Shown piece after piece: positions 18,847-26,726 of a stretch of 32,000 bases of DNA (within the stretch, counting starts at the first letter, position 1; each line of letters starts with the position of its first letter). The position numbers and the translations under genes were made by a program. A model generated the notes under the pieces. The model was given only the letters and a program-made list of their open reading frames with translations. It searched no databases and was not told the origin of the DNA. Origin of the DNA: Pseudomonas aeruginosa (GTDB lineage: Bacteria > Pseudomonadota > Gammaproteobacteria > Pseudomonadales > Pseudomonadaceae); assembly GCF_001457615.1 (NCBI RefSeq), contig NZ_LN831024.1, forward strand, positions 3,180,001-3,212,000, given 5' to 3'.

Positions 18847-20265
18847 TCAGTACATCGGCATGTGCTGCTCTATCTCTTTCGCCCATCGCTTCATGCCGCC
18901 ATCGAGCACTTGGACGTTGGAGAACCCTGCCCCCATGAGCTGTATGGCCGCGCGTTCGGCACGAGTGCCGGCGTAGCACACGAGGATGTAGCGCTTACTG
19001 AAGTCGAGATTGGCGAAATGGCTGGCGAGTTCGTTCAAGGGAACGTGGACGATCCCCGGCAACTGGCACACTTCGAGCTCGCCCGCGTCGCGTACATCCA
19101 GAAGGGCATAGTTTTCGCTGTTGGATTTCATCAACTGCAACAGGCAGCTGGGATCGATATAGCGATCGTCGTCGAGTCGTTGCGACGGTGCCGCGCTTGC
19201 CTGGCAGAGCAATCCCTCCCTCCAGTGGCGGGGATTCTCTGCAGCGGTTTTGCCGCAGGCCGGACAATCGTCGCGCCGATTGAACTTCACTTCATTGAAG
19301 TGCATGAGCAGCGCGTCGAATCGAAGAAGTCTGCCTGATAGGGACTTGCCCAGGCCGACGAGGGCCTTCACCGCCTCGGTTGCCTGCAGCAGGCCAATCA
19401 CTCCAGGCAGCACACCAATAACTCCCCCTGCGTTACAGCTTGGAGCCACCTCAGGCGGGGGATTGTTCGGGAAGAGACATTGGTAGCAGGGGCCTCCCTC
19501 CAGATTGAAGACGCTGACCTGACCTTCGAACCGATAGATCGCGCCAAAGACGAGTGGTTTTCCGAGCTTGGCGCAAACCGCGTTGACCAAGTAACGTGTG
19601 GCGAAGTTGTCGGTGCCATCCAATACCAGGTCATAGCTCTGAATCAGTGACTGCGCATTGTCCGCGTCGATGGCGTAACGGTGGGTTACGACTTCAATGT
19701 AGGGGTTCAGGTCCTGCATCCGGCGCTGGGCGGACTCAACCTTCGGCATACCGAGCGTGCTATAGCCATGGACGACCTGGCGCTGGAGATTGCTCGACTC
19801 CACCACGTCAAAGTCAACCAGCCCGATGGTGCCCACTCCTGCTGCGGCCAGATAAAGGCAAGCGGGCGAACCCAGGCCGCCCGTTCCGATTATCAGCACC
19901 CTGGCCTGCTTCAGGCGCTGCTGGCCTTCCCTGCCAACGCCTGGCAACGTGATGTGGCGAACGTAGCGTTGAACTTCTTCGTCGCTCAACGCTTCAACGC
20001 CAGAACCGCCAGATGTCGCGAGCATGACTTCGACTTCATCTCCATCGGAAAGCTCGCCATCCAGATTGACTAGCGAACCTTTGTGGGTCAGCAGGAAGTG
20101 TTCTTTCAATTGACCGTTTTCGTAATACAGGTGCCCGAGTAATGAAGGATGCTTCCTGGCAAGGCCTGCCAGCAGCTCGCCAACCGTCAAGCCCGCTCCC
20201 TCCAGGCGCCCGCCTTCCAGTTGGGCGGCCCGTACCAGTACTTCCGGAAAAATTACCGTCTTCAC
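18847..20265 (-). CDS. Tri-domain fusion: MoaD/ThiS-like ubiquitin-fold domain (aa 1-87, ending ...EVEVMLATSGG), MoeB/ThiF E1 adenylyltransferase and a C-terminal rhodanese
   Basis: GTG start with AAGGAG SD. Nucleotide-binding LIIGTGGLGSP, Zn CxxC pairs (CYQC, CPAC) and a rhodanese active-site loop VCYAGTRAE. The internal Gly-Gly is at codons 20010..20005. Confidence 0.9.
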   Translation of the reverse strand: MKTVIFPEVLVRAAQLEGGRLEGAGLTVGELLAGLARKHPSLLGHLYYENGQLKEHFLLTHKGSLVNLDGELSDGDEVEVMLATSGGSGVEALSDEEVQRYVRHITLPGVGREGQQRLKQARVLIIGTGGLGSPACLYLAAAGVGTIGLVDFDVVESSNLQRQVVHGYSTLGMPKVESAQRRMQDLNPYIEVVTHRYAIDADNAQSLIQSYDLVLDGTDNFATRYLVNAVCAKLGKPLVFGAIYRFEGQVSVFNLEGGPCYQCLFPNNPPPEVAPSCNAGGVIGVLPGVIGLLQATEAVKALVGLGKSLSGRLLRFDALLMHFNEVKFNRRDDCPACGKTAAENPRHWREGLLCQASAAPSQRLDDDRYIDPSCLLQLMKSNSENYALLDVRDAGELEVCQLPGIVHVPLNELASHFANLDFSKRYILVCYAGTRAERAAIQLMGAGFSNVQVLDGGMKRWAKEIEQHMPMY

Positions 20266-20287
20266 TTTTCAGCTCCTTGCCAGATGT

Positions 20288-20746
20288 CTACTCGTCCTGG
20301 CTCGATGGCCCGAACTCTCGTGTGCATTCAAAGCGTCCGTTGCGCCAGGCAAACAGTTTTGCGCCGCGAACGTTGCCGGCGGCCACATCAACAACCAGGT
20401 AGTCGACCGGCAGCATTGGCTCCCCGGCATACAATGCCTTGTCGATATCCTCCCGGCTGAAGTAGGCACCGACGTCCGGGTGGGAGTGGTAGATGACGGA
20501 TACCGGGCTGCACGTCTTGAAGCTGCTGTTGAGGAATACGGTATCCGTCACGGAAAACGTGTACCCGTTGGCGGCCGTGCGTGGGTACCTCCGGGGGTCA
20601 GCCATGTGCAGTTCATCCTGGATGTTCGTACCCTCTTTCACTTTTGCATCGGCGAGAACGAATCCGCAGCATTCCCTTGGATAGGTCCTGCAGGCGTGTC
20701 TGTAGATCACGCTCAATGCATGCTCGGTCAACACGTTCGTATTCAT
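20288..20746 (-). CDS. JAMM/MPN+ (Mov34, Mec+/QbsD-like) metallopeptidase
   Basis: AGGAGG SD 6 nt before ATG 20746. Complete JAMM motif: E25 (PRECCG) and HSHPDVGAYFSRED (H-x-H-x7-S-x2-D). The stop of the upstream EamA gene lies 1 nt before this ATG. Confidence 0.88.
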   Translation of the reverse strand: MNTNVLTEHALSVIYRHACRTYPRECCGFVLADAKVKEGTNIQDELHMADPRRYPRTAANGYTFSVTDTVFLNSSFKTCSPVSVIYHSHPDVGAYFSREDIDKALYAGEPMLPVDYLVVDVAAGNVRGAKLFAWRNGRFECTREFGPSSQDE

Positions 20747-20747
20747 G

Positions 20748-21689
20748 TCACCTCCTGCCGAGCAGCTTCTCGATGGGAAGCTTGGTGATGGCAAATCCAG
20801 CCAATAGGAGCACGGTGAAGCCAATCAACTCGCGAGAGATGGCAACCCCTTCGTACCAGGCGCCGATGATCACGGCGAACACCGGGAAAATGATGAAGAC
20901 GAACGACAGCACAACGGGACTCAAACGCTTGAGCAGGAAGAAGTACACGATGAATCCCCCGACTGATGCCACCAGACCGAGATAGATCAGGGCAGCCCAA
21001 GATCGGCTTGTGACGGCAGACAGGTTCGGGTGTTCCATCACGAGTCCGGCCATGAACAGCCCCAAGCCGGCGATGCCAATGGGCAGCGTATTGAAGGTGA
21101 TCACGCCGATGTCAGCACCTTGCCTTTTGGTGATGACGTAGCTGAGTGCGTGCATGATCGCCGCGAGCAGGATGGCAAGTACGCCTAACAACTCCGTGTA
21201 GTCCAGATGCAGCCCTTGAGACCTGATGATCATGAACAGGCTGCCGAAGCCAATCGCAATACCAAGGATCTGCGACAGGTAGATGCGCTCGCGCAGGAAG
21301 ATCGCGGAGAAGATCAGGATGAACACGGGCATGCTGCTGAACAGCAGCGCGGTAAGACCTGAAGCGACGTATTGCTCGCCATAGTTCAGCAGGTAGTAGG
21401 GCACGCTGAAGTAGCCGAGCGTCACGAAGACGAAGAAGGCCAGGAGTCGCCGCGGGAAAAAGATCGTCTCGTGGCGCAGCCGCGCAAAGAGCAGGAAAAG
21501 CGGAAATGCGATCAGAAAGCGCAATCCGGCGGCAGTTAGCGGCGGCACGCTCTCCACGGCGATCTTGATGCCGAGCCAGGTAGTCCCCCAGCTGATACAC
21601 ACCACTAGAAATAGAACAGCGGTCACCAGGCTGGCCACACGTACCTGCCGCCTGTTGATAGTCAGAGCTTGAATTGACATAAGTTGCAC
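20748..21689 (-). CDS. EamA/DMT-family transporter (10 TM; same family as the E. coli O-acetylserine/cysteine exporter EamA)
   Basis: Two EamA-type repeats of hydrophobic helices (CISWGTTWLGIKIAVESVPPLTAAGLRFLIAFP...). Start is GTG 21689 or ATG 21680. Confidence 0.88.
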   Translation of the reverse strand: MQLMSIQALTINRRQVRVASLVTAVLFLVVCISWGTTWLGIKIAVESVPPLTAAGLRFLIAFPLFLLFARLRHETIFFPRRLLAFFVFVTLGYFSVPYYLLNYGEQYVASGLTALLFSSMPVFILIFSAIFLRERIYLSQILGIAIGFGSLFMIIRSQGLHLDYTELLGVLAILLAAIMHALSYVITKRQGADIGVITFNTLPIGIAGLGLFMAGLVMEHPNLSAVTSRSWAALIYLGLVASVGGFIVYFFLLKRLSPVVLSFVFIIFPVFAVIIGAWYEGVAISRELIGFTVLLLAGFAITKLPIEKLLGRR

Positions 21690-21720
21690 GTCTTTCCCCC
21701 ATGTTATTCTTTGATTGACG

Positions 21721-21750
21721 CCCTTTATTGCTTATCAAACCTCTTTATTT
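21721..21750. promoter_or_regulatory. Candidate MocR operator: direct repeats CC(C/T)CTTTATT spaced 20 bp apart in an AT-rich divergent promoter region
   Basis: CTTTATT at 21723-21729 and 21743-21749, plus TTGAT (21711-21715) / ATCAA (21734-21738) inverted half-sites, within the 81-bp gap between the operon and the MocR gene. Confidence 0.3.
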
Positions 21751-21770
21751 GAGGTTAATTCGGAGAAAAT

Positions 21771-23204
21771 ATGCCGGTCAAAGCAAATATTGACACCGAT
21801 TCAATTTTCAGATTCTTCCTACCAGAAGGGCCCGGCCTGAAGTACAAACGGCTGGCCCAGGGCATCGAAGAATCTATTCGCAATGGGGTTCTCCGGCAGG
21901 GAGTCAAGCTGCCGCCACATCGCATCCTCGCGGACAAGCTCGGTGTGACCGCGGGCACGGTGAGCCGGGCCTATGGTGAGCTGGAGCGCATGGGGCTGGT
22001 TGAGGCTCGGGTCGGCGACGGTACGTTCGTCCGCAACCGCGGTCGAGAACGTGCTCGGGAGGCGGGCTTTCGCAATTTCGTAGACAGCACCGAGATGTGC
22101 AACGACATGAGCCGGAATATGCATATTCCGGGCAATGAGACCGAACTGCTTTCCCGCAGCCTTCAGCAATTGAGTGCGGCCCCTGAGCTCCTGCAGGAGT
22201 TAATGCTCTACACACCCGACACAGGACTGCTCCGACACCGGCAAGCGGGAGCAACATGGCTGTCTCACGGTGAGTTTCAAGCGGAGCACCAGCAGATTCT
22301 GTGCGTCAATGGCAGCCAACACGGTCTGCTCGTCGTGCTTATGGCCATGCTGCGCGCCGGCGACACCCTGGTAACGGAGCAGCTCTCCTATCCTGGGCTG
22401 ATCAGTGCCGCGCAACTGTTGGGCATCAAGGTGCTCGGCTTGGAAATGGATGAAGAGGGGCTACTGCCCGACGCCCTCGAAGAGGCCTGCCGCACGAACA
22501 GGATCACCGCCCTGTACTGCACACCCACCATCCAGAACCCGACCACTGCAGTGATGTCAGGCGCCAGGCGGAAGGAAATCGCGAAGATCTGCCGCGAGCA
22601 CGGCTTGATCGTCATCGAGGACGAAACCCATGCTGTATTGATGGCCGAACGCCCCACCCCTCTCTGCCATCTGCTGCCTGAGCGGGGCATCCTCATCGGT
22701 GGCATGAGCAAGGCGGTCGCTGCAGGATTGCGGGTTGGATACGTTCATGCTCCTGCATCCATGGTAAGTCGCATGGCAGCAGCGCTTCGCAATTCGTGCT
22801 GGATGGCGACACCACTGGTTCTCGAGATTGCGAGCCGATGGGTCGAGGACGGTACTGCAAGCGCACTGCTCGAATACCAGAGAGGGGAAATCGCGCGTCG
22901 CCAAGCGCTGGTTGTGGACCTGCTGCAGGGCCTGACCTATCGCAGCCATCTATGCTGTCCGCATTTCTGGGTAGAAGTGCCAGCCCCCTGGCGCGCCATC
23001 GAAATAGAGCAAGGCATGCGCGGACAGCAGCATCTTGTCACCACCGCAGAGGCCTTTAGTACGGGCCGCGGTACGCTTCCCCAGGCCATTCGAATCAGCG
23101 TCAGCAATTCCCCAGGAGGGGGGAATACGTTATCTGACGGCTTCGCAGTCCTGGCAGCGCTCCTACGCGAAGGCCCCCAAGAGATGCTGACGATGCGTGC
23201 TTGA
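21771..23204 (+). CDS. MocR-subfamily GntR regulator (wHTH plus a PLP aminotransferase-like effector domain)
   Basis: GntR HTH (KLPPHRILADKLGVTAGTVSRAYGELERMGLVEARVGDGTFV) and a fold-type I domain with the PLP-Lys motif GGMSKAVAAGLRVGY. Confidence 0.9.
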   Translation: MPVKANIDTDSIFRFFLPEGPGLKYKRLAQGIEESIRNGVLRQGVKLPPHRILADKLGVTAGTVSRAYGELERMGLVEARVGDGTFVRNRGRERAREAGFRNFVDSTEMCNDMSRNMHIPGNETELLSRSLQQLSAAPELLQELMLYTPDTGLLRHRQAGATWLSHGEFQAEHQQILCVNGSQHGLLVVLMAMLRAGDTLVTEQLSYPGLISAAQLLGIKVLGLEMDEEGLLPDALEEACRTNRITALYCTPTIQNPTTAVMSGARRKEIAKICREHGLIVIEDETHAVLMAERPTPLCHLLPERGILIGGMSKAVAAGLRVGYVHAPASMVSRMAAALRNSCWMATPLVLEIASRWVEDGTASALLEYQRGEIARRQALVVDLLQGLTYRSHLCCPHFWVEVPAPWRAIEIEQGMRGQQHLVTTAEAFSTGRGTLPQAIRISVSNSPGGGNTLSDGFAVLAALLREGPQEMLTMRA

Positions 23205-23424
23205 TACGGGAGGCAACGGTCCCACCCGAGGAGGACTCTTGGGCTCAACGGTAGCGATAAGCACCGGCGCCTGACTAAGGCATACCTATGGTCCGAGATC
23301 TACCATGGATTTCACTCGCCTGGGACGGCGAAACAAGAAGTCGAGGCAGCCACGAAAAGCAGCTAGACCATCCAGCGTGAAACCCACCCAAGCTTTAATC
23401 CGTTCTATCCATCCTGCGCAGAGC

Positions 23425-24201
23425 CTAACCCCGCGACAACCACGCCATCACCGCTCGGTTCACCCACGGCGGAGACAACTGCCCAGCCCAGTACAGCGCC
23501 GTGAACAACCCGCCCACCGGCCGGTGTACCCGCCGGCTGTGCGCCTGCCGCCAGGCCGCCTCGGCGATATCCTCGGCGTCCAGTCTCAGCCCCAGGCGAC
23601 GCAACACCGGCGGCTGGTAGGGCTGCCCGGCGACCATCGGCGTGCGGACGAACGGCGGCATCAGGTCGGCCACACGAATACCGTGGCGGCGCCATTCCAG
23701 CTCCAGCGCCTCGGTAAGCCCGCGCACGGCGAACTTCGAGGCCGAGTAGACGGCCATCTCCGGTACGCCATACAGCCCCGATGCCGAGCCCATGTTGAGC
23801 ACCTGCGCCTGCGGCGTCGCGCGCAGGAACGGAAAGGCCGCGTGACAGCAGTTGAGGACGCCTTGCAGGTTGATCGCCAGCAACCGCGCGTGGTCCTCCA
23901 GGGCGACCTCTTCGAAGCGGCCGAAACGCAGGACGCCGGCGCAGTTGAACAGCAGGCGCAGGCGGCCATCGGCACAGAACTGCGCAAGCGCCTCGCCGAC
24001 CACGTCGGGCTCGCTGACGTCCACGGCGCGGTGCCAGGCGCCCGGCAGTTGCGCGGCCAAGCCGCGCAACGCCTCGGCATCGATGTCCAGCAAACCGACC
24101 CGCCAGCCCCGGCGGTGGAACAGACGCGCGCTGGCGGCGCCGATTCCGGAAGCGGCACCACTGATCAGGATGTTCTGCACCTGTCGCCCTCCGCGCTGCA
24201 T
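23425..24201 (-). CDS. Short-chain dehydrogenase/reductase (classical SDR)
   Basis: NILISGAASGIGAA (TGxxxGxG), NCAG and a YSASK catalytic motif. Start is ATG 24201 or GTG 24180 (the latter preceded by GGAGGG). Either start overlaps the 3' end of the esterase gene. Confidence 0.88.
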   Translation of the reverse strand: MQRGGRQVQNILISGAASGIGAASARLFHRRGWRVGLLDIDAEALRGLAAQLPGAWHRAVDVSEPDVVGEALAQFCADGRLRLLFNCAGVLRFGRFEEVALEDHARLLAINLQGVLNCCHAAFPFLRATPQAQVLNMGSASGLYGVPEMAVYSASKFAVRGLTEALELEWRRHGIRVADLMPPFVRTPMVAGQPYQPPVLRRLGLRLDAEDIAEAAWRQAHSRRVHRPVGGLFTALYWAGQLSPPWVNRAVMAWLSRG

Positions 24202-25121
24202 TCGACGACGAACGCGGCCGCCTCGTCCAACGCCCGGTCGGCGCTGGCCAACACGCCGGCATGGGCCTGGAACACGTGCCAGCAACCGGCGTAGCGCTGC
24301 AATCGCACCGCGACGCCCTGCTCACCGGCCCGTTGCGCCAGGCGCAGGCTGTCGTCGCGCAGCAGTTCGTCCTCGCCGACCTGTACCAGCAGCGGCGGCA
24401 GCCCCGCCAGGTCGGCATGCAGCGGCGACAAGGCGGCCGAGCCTGGCTCCGCGTCGGCCGGCAGCAGCAGGCGCACCGCGCTTTCCAGCCAGGCCCGCGA
24501 CAGCAGCGGGTCGCCGGCCGCCGGCGTGTGCAGGCGCTGGCAGCCGAGGTCGGTCCAGGGCGAGAACAGCAGCAACCCGGCCGGCAACGGCAAGCCGCGC
24601 GCCTTCAGCTCCAGGGCCAGGGACAGCGCCAGGTGGCCGCCCGCGGAGTCGCCGGCGAGCAGCAGCCGGCGCGGCGAATGGCCGGCCTCCAGCAATGCCA
24701 GGTAGACCGCCAGGGCGTCGTCGCGGGCGGCGGGGAACGGATGTTCCGGGGCGCGCCGGTAGTCCACCGCGCAGACCTCGGCGGCGCAACGCCGGGCCAG
24801 GTGCGTGGTGATCGCCCGGTGGGTCGCCGGCGAGCCGATCAGGTAGGCGCCGCCGTGCAGGTAGAGCACCCGGCGCCGCGCCTCCACCCCGCGCGGCCGC
24901 AACCACTCGCAGGGCACGCCGGCGAGGCTGCGGCGCTCGCGGACGACGCCGCCGGCGCCCAGCGTCGCCAGGCTCAGCCCGCGCAACACGCCGCGTTGCA
25001 GCGCCACTGGCATGGGCGGACGGACCAGCCCGCGGAACAACAGGCGCAGGCAGCCGCGCAGGAGACCGGCGCGCAGGCGTTGCGGCGGCGACATCAGGGG
25101 CGCTTCAGCGGGCCAGGTCAT
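24165..25121 (-). CDS. Alpha/beta-hydrolase esterase, hormone-sensitive-lipase (family IV) type
   Basis: HGGAY oxyanion motif and GDSAGG nucleophile elbow. Start is ATG 25121 or ATG 25094. Confidence 0.85.
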   Translation of the reverse strand: MTWPAEAPLMSPPQRLRAGLLRGCLRLLFRGLVRPPMPVALQRGVLRGLSLATLGAGGVVRERRSLAGVPCEWLRPRGVEARRRVLYLHGGAYLIGSPATHRAITTHLARRCAAEVCAVDYRRAPEHPFPAARDDALAVYLALLEAGHSPRRLLLAGDSAGGHLALSLALELKARGLPLPAGLLLFSPWTDLGCQRLHTPAAGDPLLSRAWLESAVRLLLPADAEPGSAALSPLHADLAGLPPLLVQVGEDELLRDDSLRLAQRAGEQGVAVRLQRYAGCWHVFQAHAGVLASADRALDEAAAFVVECSAEGDRCRTS

Positions 25122-26580
25122 AGTCGGCAAGCTCCGGCCGGCGCGTACGCCAGCGATAGACGAAGGTGTAGCCCGGCCAGTTGTTGGTGTTCTTGCCGGC
25201 GGCAGTCTTGTACCAGCTGTCGCAGCCACGCTCCCAGACGGTATGGCGCAACCCCTGTTGCACCTCCAGGTTGAAGCGCCGCTGGACCTCGGGCTTCACG
25301 TCGAGGTAGCGCAAGCCCTGCGCCTGGAGCTGGCGCAGGCAGCCGAGCACGTAGGGGAACTGGCTTTCCAGCATGTAGACGATGGAGTTGTGGCCGAGGT
25401 TGGTGTTCGGCCCGTAAAGGATGAACAGGTTGGGGAAGCCGCTGACGCTGATGCCCTTGTAGGCTTCCGCGCCATCCGCCCAGGCCTGCCGCAGGTCGCG
25501 TCCGTCGAGGCCGAGGATGCGCATCGGGGCGAGGAACTCGGTGGCGGCGAAGCCGGTACCGAAGATGATCGCGTCGACCTCGTGCCGGCGGCCGTCACGG
25601 CCGACCACGGCGTCTTCGGTGACTTCGCGAATGCCCGTGTCGACCAGTTCGACATTGCTCCTGGCCAGCGCCGGGTAATAGTCGTTGCTGATCAGGATGC
25701 GCTTGCAACCCAGCGGGTAGTCGGGAACCAGCCGCGCGCGCAGTTGCGGATCGGCGATCTGCCGGTGCAGGTGACGATGGAAGCTCAGCCGCATCACCTT
25801 CATCAGCGCCGGGAAGGTCGCGAAGGCGAGCATCCGCGATTCGTGGTGCAGGTACTTGAGCCCCCGATCCAGGCGTTGCAGCCACGGCCAGCGCGCCTTC
25901 AGGCGGCGTTCCCAGTCGGCGTAGGTGCGGTCCGGCTTGGCGATCACGTAAGGCGCGCTGCGCTGGAACAGCGACAGGCGTTGCACCTGCGGGGCGATCC
26001 GCGGGACGAACTGGATGGCGCTGGCTCCGGTGCCGATCACCGCGACCCGCTTGCCGGCCAGCTCGACCTCGGCGTCCCAGTTCGCCGAGTGGAACGCCGG
26101 ACCCTGGAAGCGCTCCAGGCCGGGCAGGCGCGGCAGCAGCGGCCGGCTCAACTGGCCGGTGGCGCAGACCAGGGCCCGTGCGCGCAGCGTCTGGCCATCG
26201 GCGCAGCGCACCTGCCATTCGCCGCTGCCGGCGTCGAAACGGGCCTCCTCCACCTCGCAGTGGAAACGGATCTTCTCGCGCAGACGGTACTTGTCCGCGC
26301 AATGCCGCAGGTAGTCGAGGATTTCCGCCTGCGGGGCGAACTTGCGCGACCAGTCGGCCTTCGGCTCGAAGGAAAACGAATAGAGATGCGAGGGGACGTC
26401 GCAGGCGGCGCCCGGGTAGCGGTTTTCCCGCCAGCAACCGCCGACATCGGCGGCCTTTTCCAGGACCAGATAATCGTCGATGCCTGCCTGTCGCAGGCGG
26501 ATCGCCAAGCCGAGACCGGCGAAGCCGGCGCCGACCACCAGCACCCGCAAGGGGGCTTCAGGGCGGGACTCGTTGTGCAT
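25105..26580 (-). CDS. Type I Baeyer-Villiger flavin monooxygenase
   Basis: Rossmann VLVVGAGFAGLG, BVMO fingerprint FQGPAFHSANWD (FxGxxxHxxxW[P/D]) and a second Rossmann VAVIGTGASA. Confidence 0.92.
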   Translation of the reverse strand: MHNESRPEAPLRVLVVGAGFAGLGLAIRLRQAGIDDYLVLEKAADVGGCWRENRYPGAACDVPSHLYSFSFEPKADWSRKFAPQAEILDYLRHCADKYRLREKIRFHCEVEEARFDAGSGEWQVRCADGQTLRARALVCATGQLSRPLLPRLPGLERFQGPAFHSANWDAEVELAGKRVAVIGTGASAIQFVPRIAPQVQRLSLFQRSAPYVIAKPDRTYADWERRLKARWPWLQRLDRGLKYLHHESRMLAFATFPALMKVMRLSFHRHLHRQIADPQLRARLVPDYPLGCKRILISNDYYPALARSNVELVDTGIREVTEDAVVGRDGRRHEVDAIIFGTGFAATEFLAPMRILGLDGRDLRQAWADGAEAYKGISVSGFPNLFILYGPNTNLGHNSIVYMLESQFPYVLGCLRQLQAQGLRYLDVKPEVQRRFNLEVQQGLRHTVWERGCDSWYKTAAGKNTNNWPGYTFVYRWRTRRPELADYDLAR

Positions 26581-26726
26581 TGTTGTGCTCCCGTTTGTTG
26601 CTTGCCACGCCGTCCGGCGCGATTCCGCCCAGCGGCGGATGGCAGCATCCTAGTTCGCCGGGGCGACTGGCGTTATGGCCGGGCCGGACATAAAGTTGTG
26701 ATTTTCGGTCAACCTCGGACGCCACC

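Larger units (their letters stand above)
16390..23420. other. Lower-GC genomic island (about 52-60% GC in sampled lines versus about 70-77% in the flanks)
   Basis: Hand-counted GC in sampled 60-nt lines: 52% at 18421 and 19501, 62% at 17161 and 21061, versus 77% at 12661. Third-codon-position G/C bias also looks visibly relaxed by eye (not counted). I found no tRNA, integrase or IS at the borders. Confidence 0.6.

Noticed and set aside
18847-20746. Ubl + E1 + JAB read as an antiphage ubiquitin-like conjugation system (Bil/Bub or type II CBASS-like)
   Set aside because: There is no E2-like protein, cyclase or effector gene. The E1 carries a rhodanese domain and sits with SAT and CysK-like enzymes, which points to sulfur-carrier chemistry rather than protein conjugation. 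This remains only a remote alternative.
21112-21738. 208-aa alternative-frame ORF inside the EamA transporter gene
   Set aside because: Arg-rich and non-hydrophobic with no motif. The overlapping frame encodes a convincing 10-TM DMT protein.
16391-23256. Short shared words at the island borders (ACGGTAG..GCTCAAC at 16392-16407 versus GCTCAACGGTAGCG at 23243-23256) as possible att-like repeats
   Set aside because: Only 6-7-nt words in permuted order. The left copy overlaps the AlaX-like stop codon, there is no integrase or tRNA nearby, and the match is compatible with chance.
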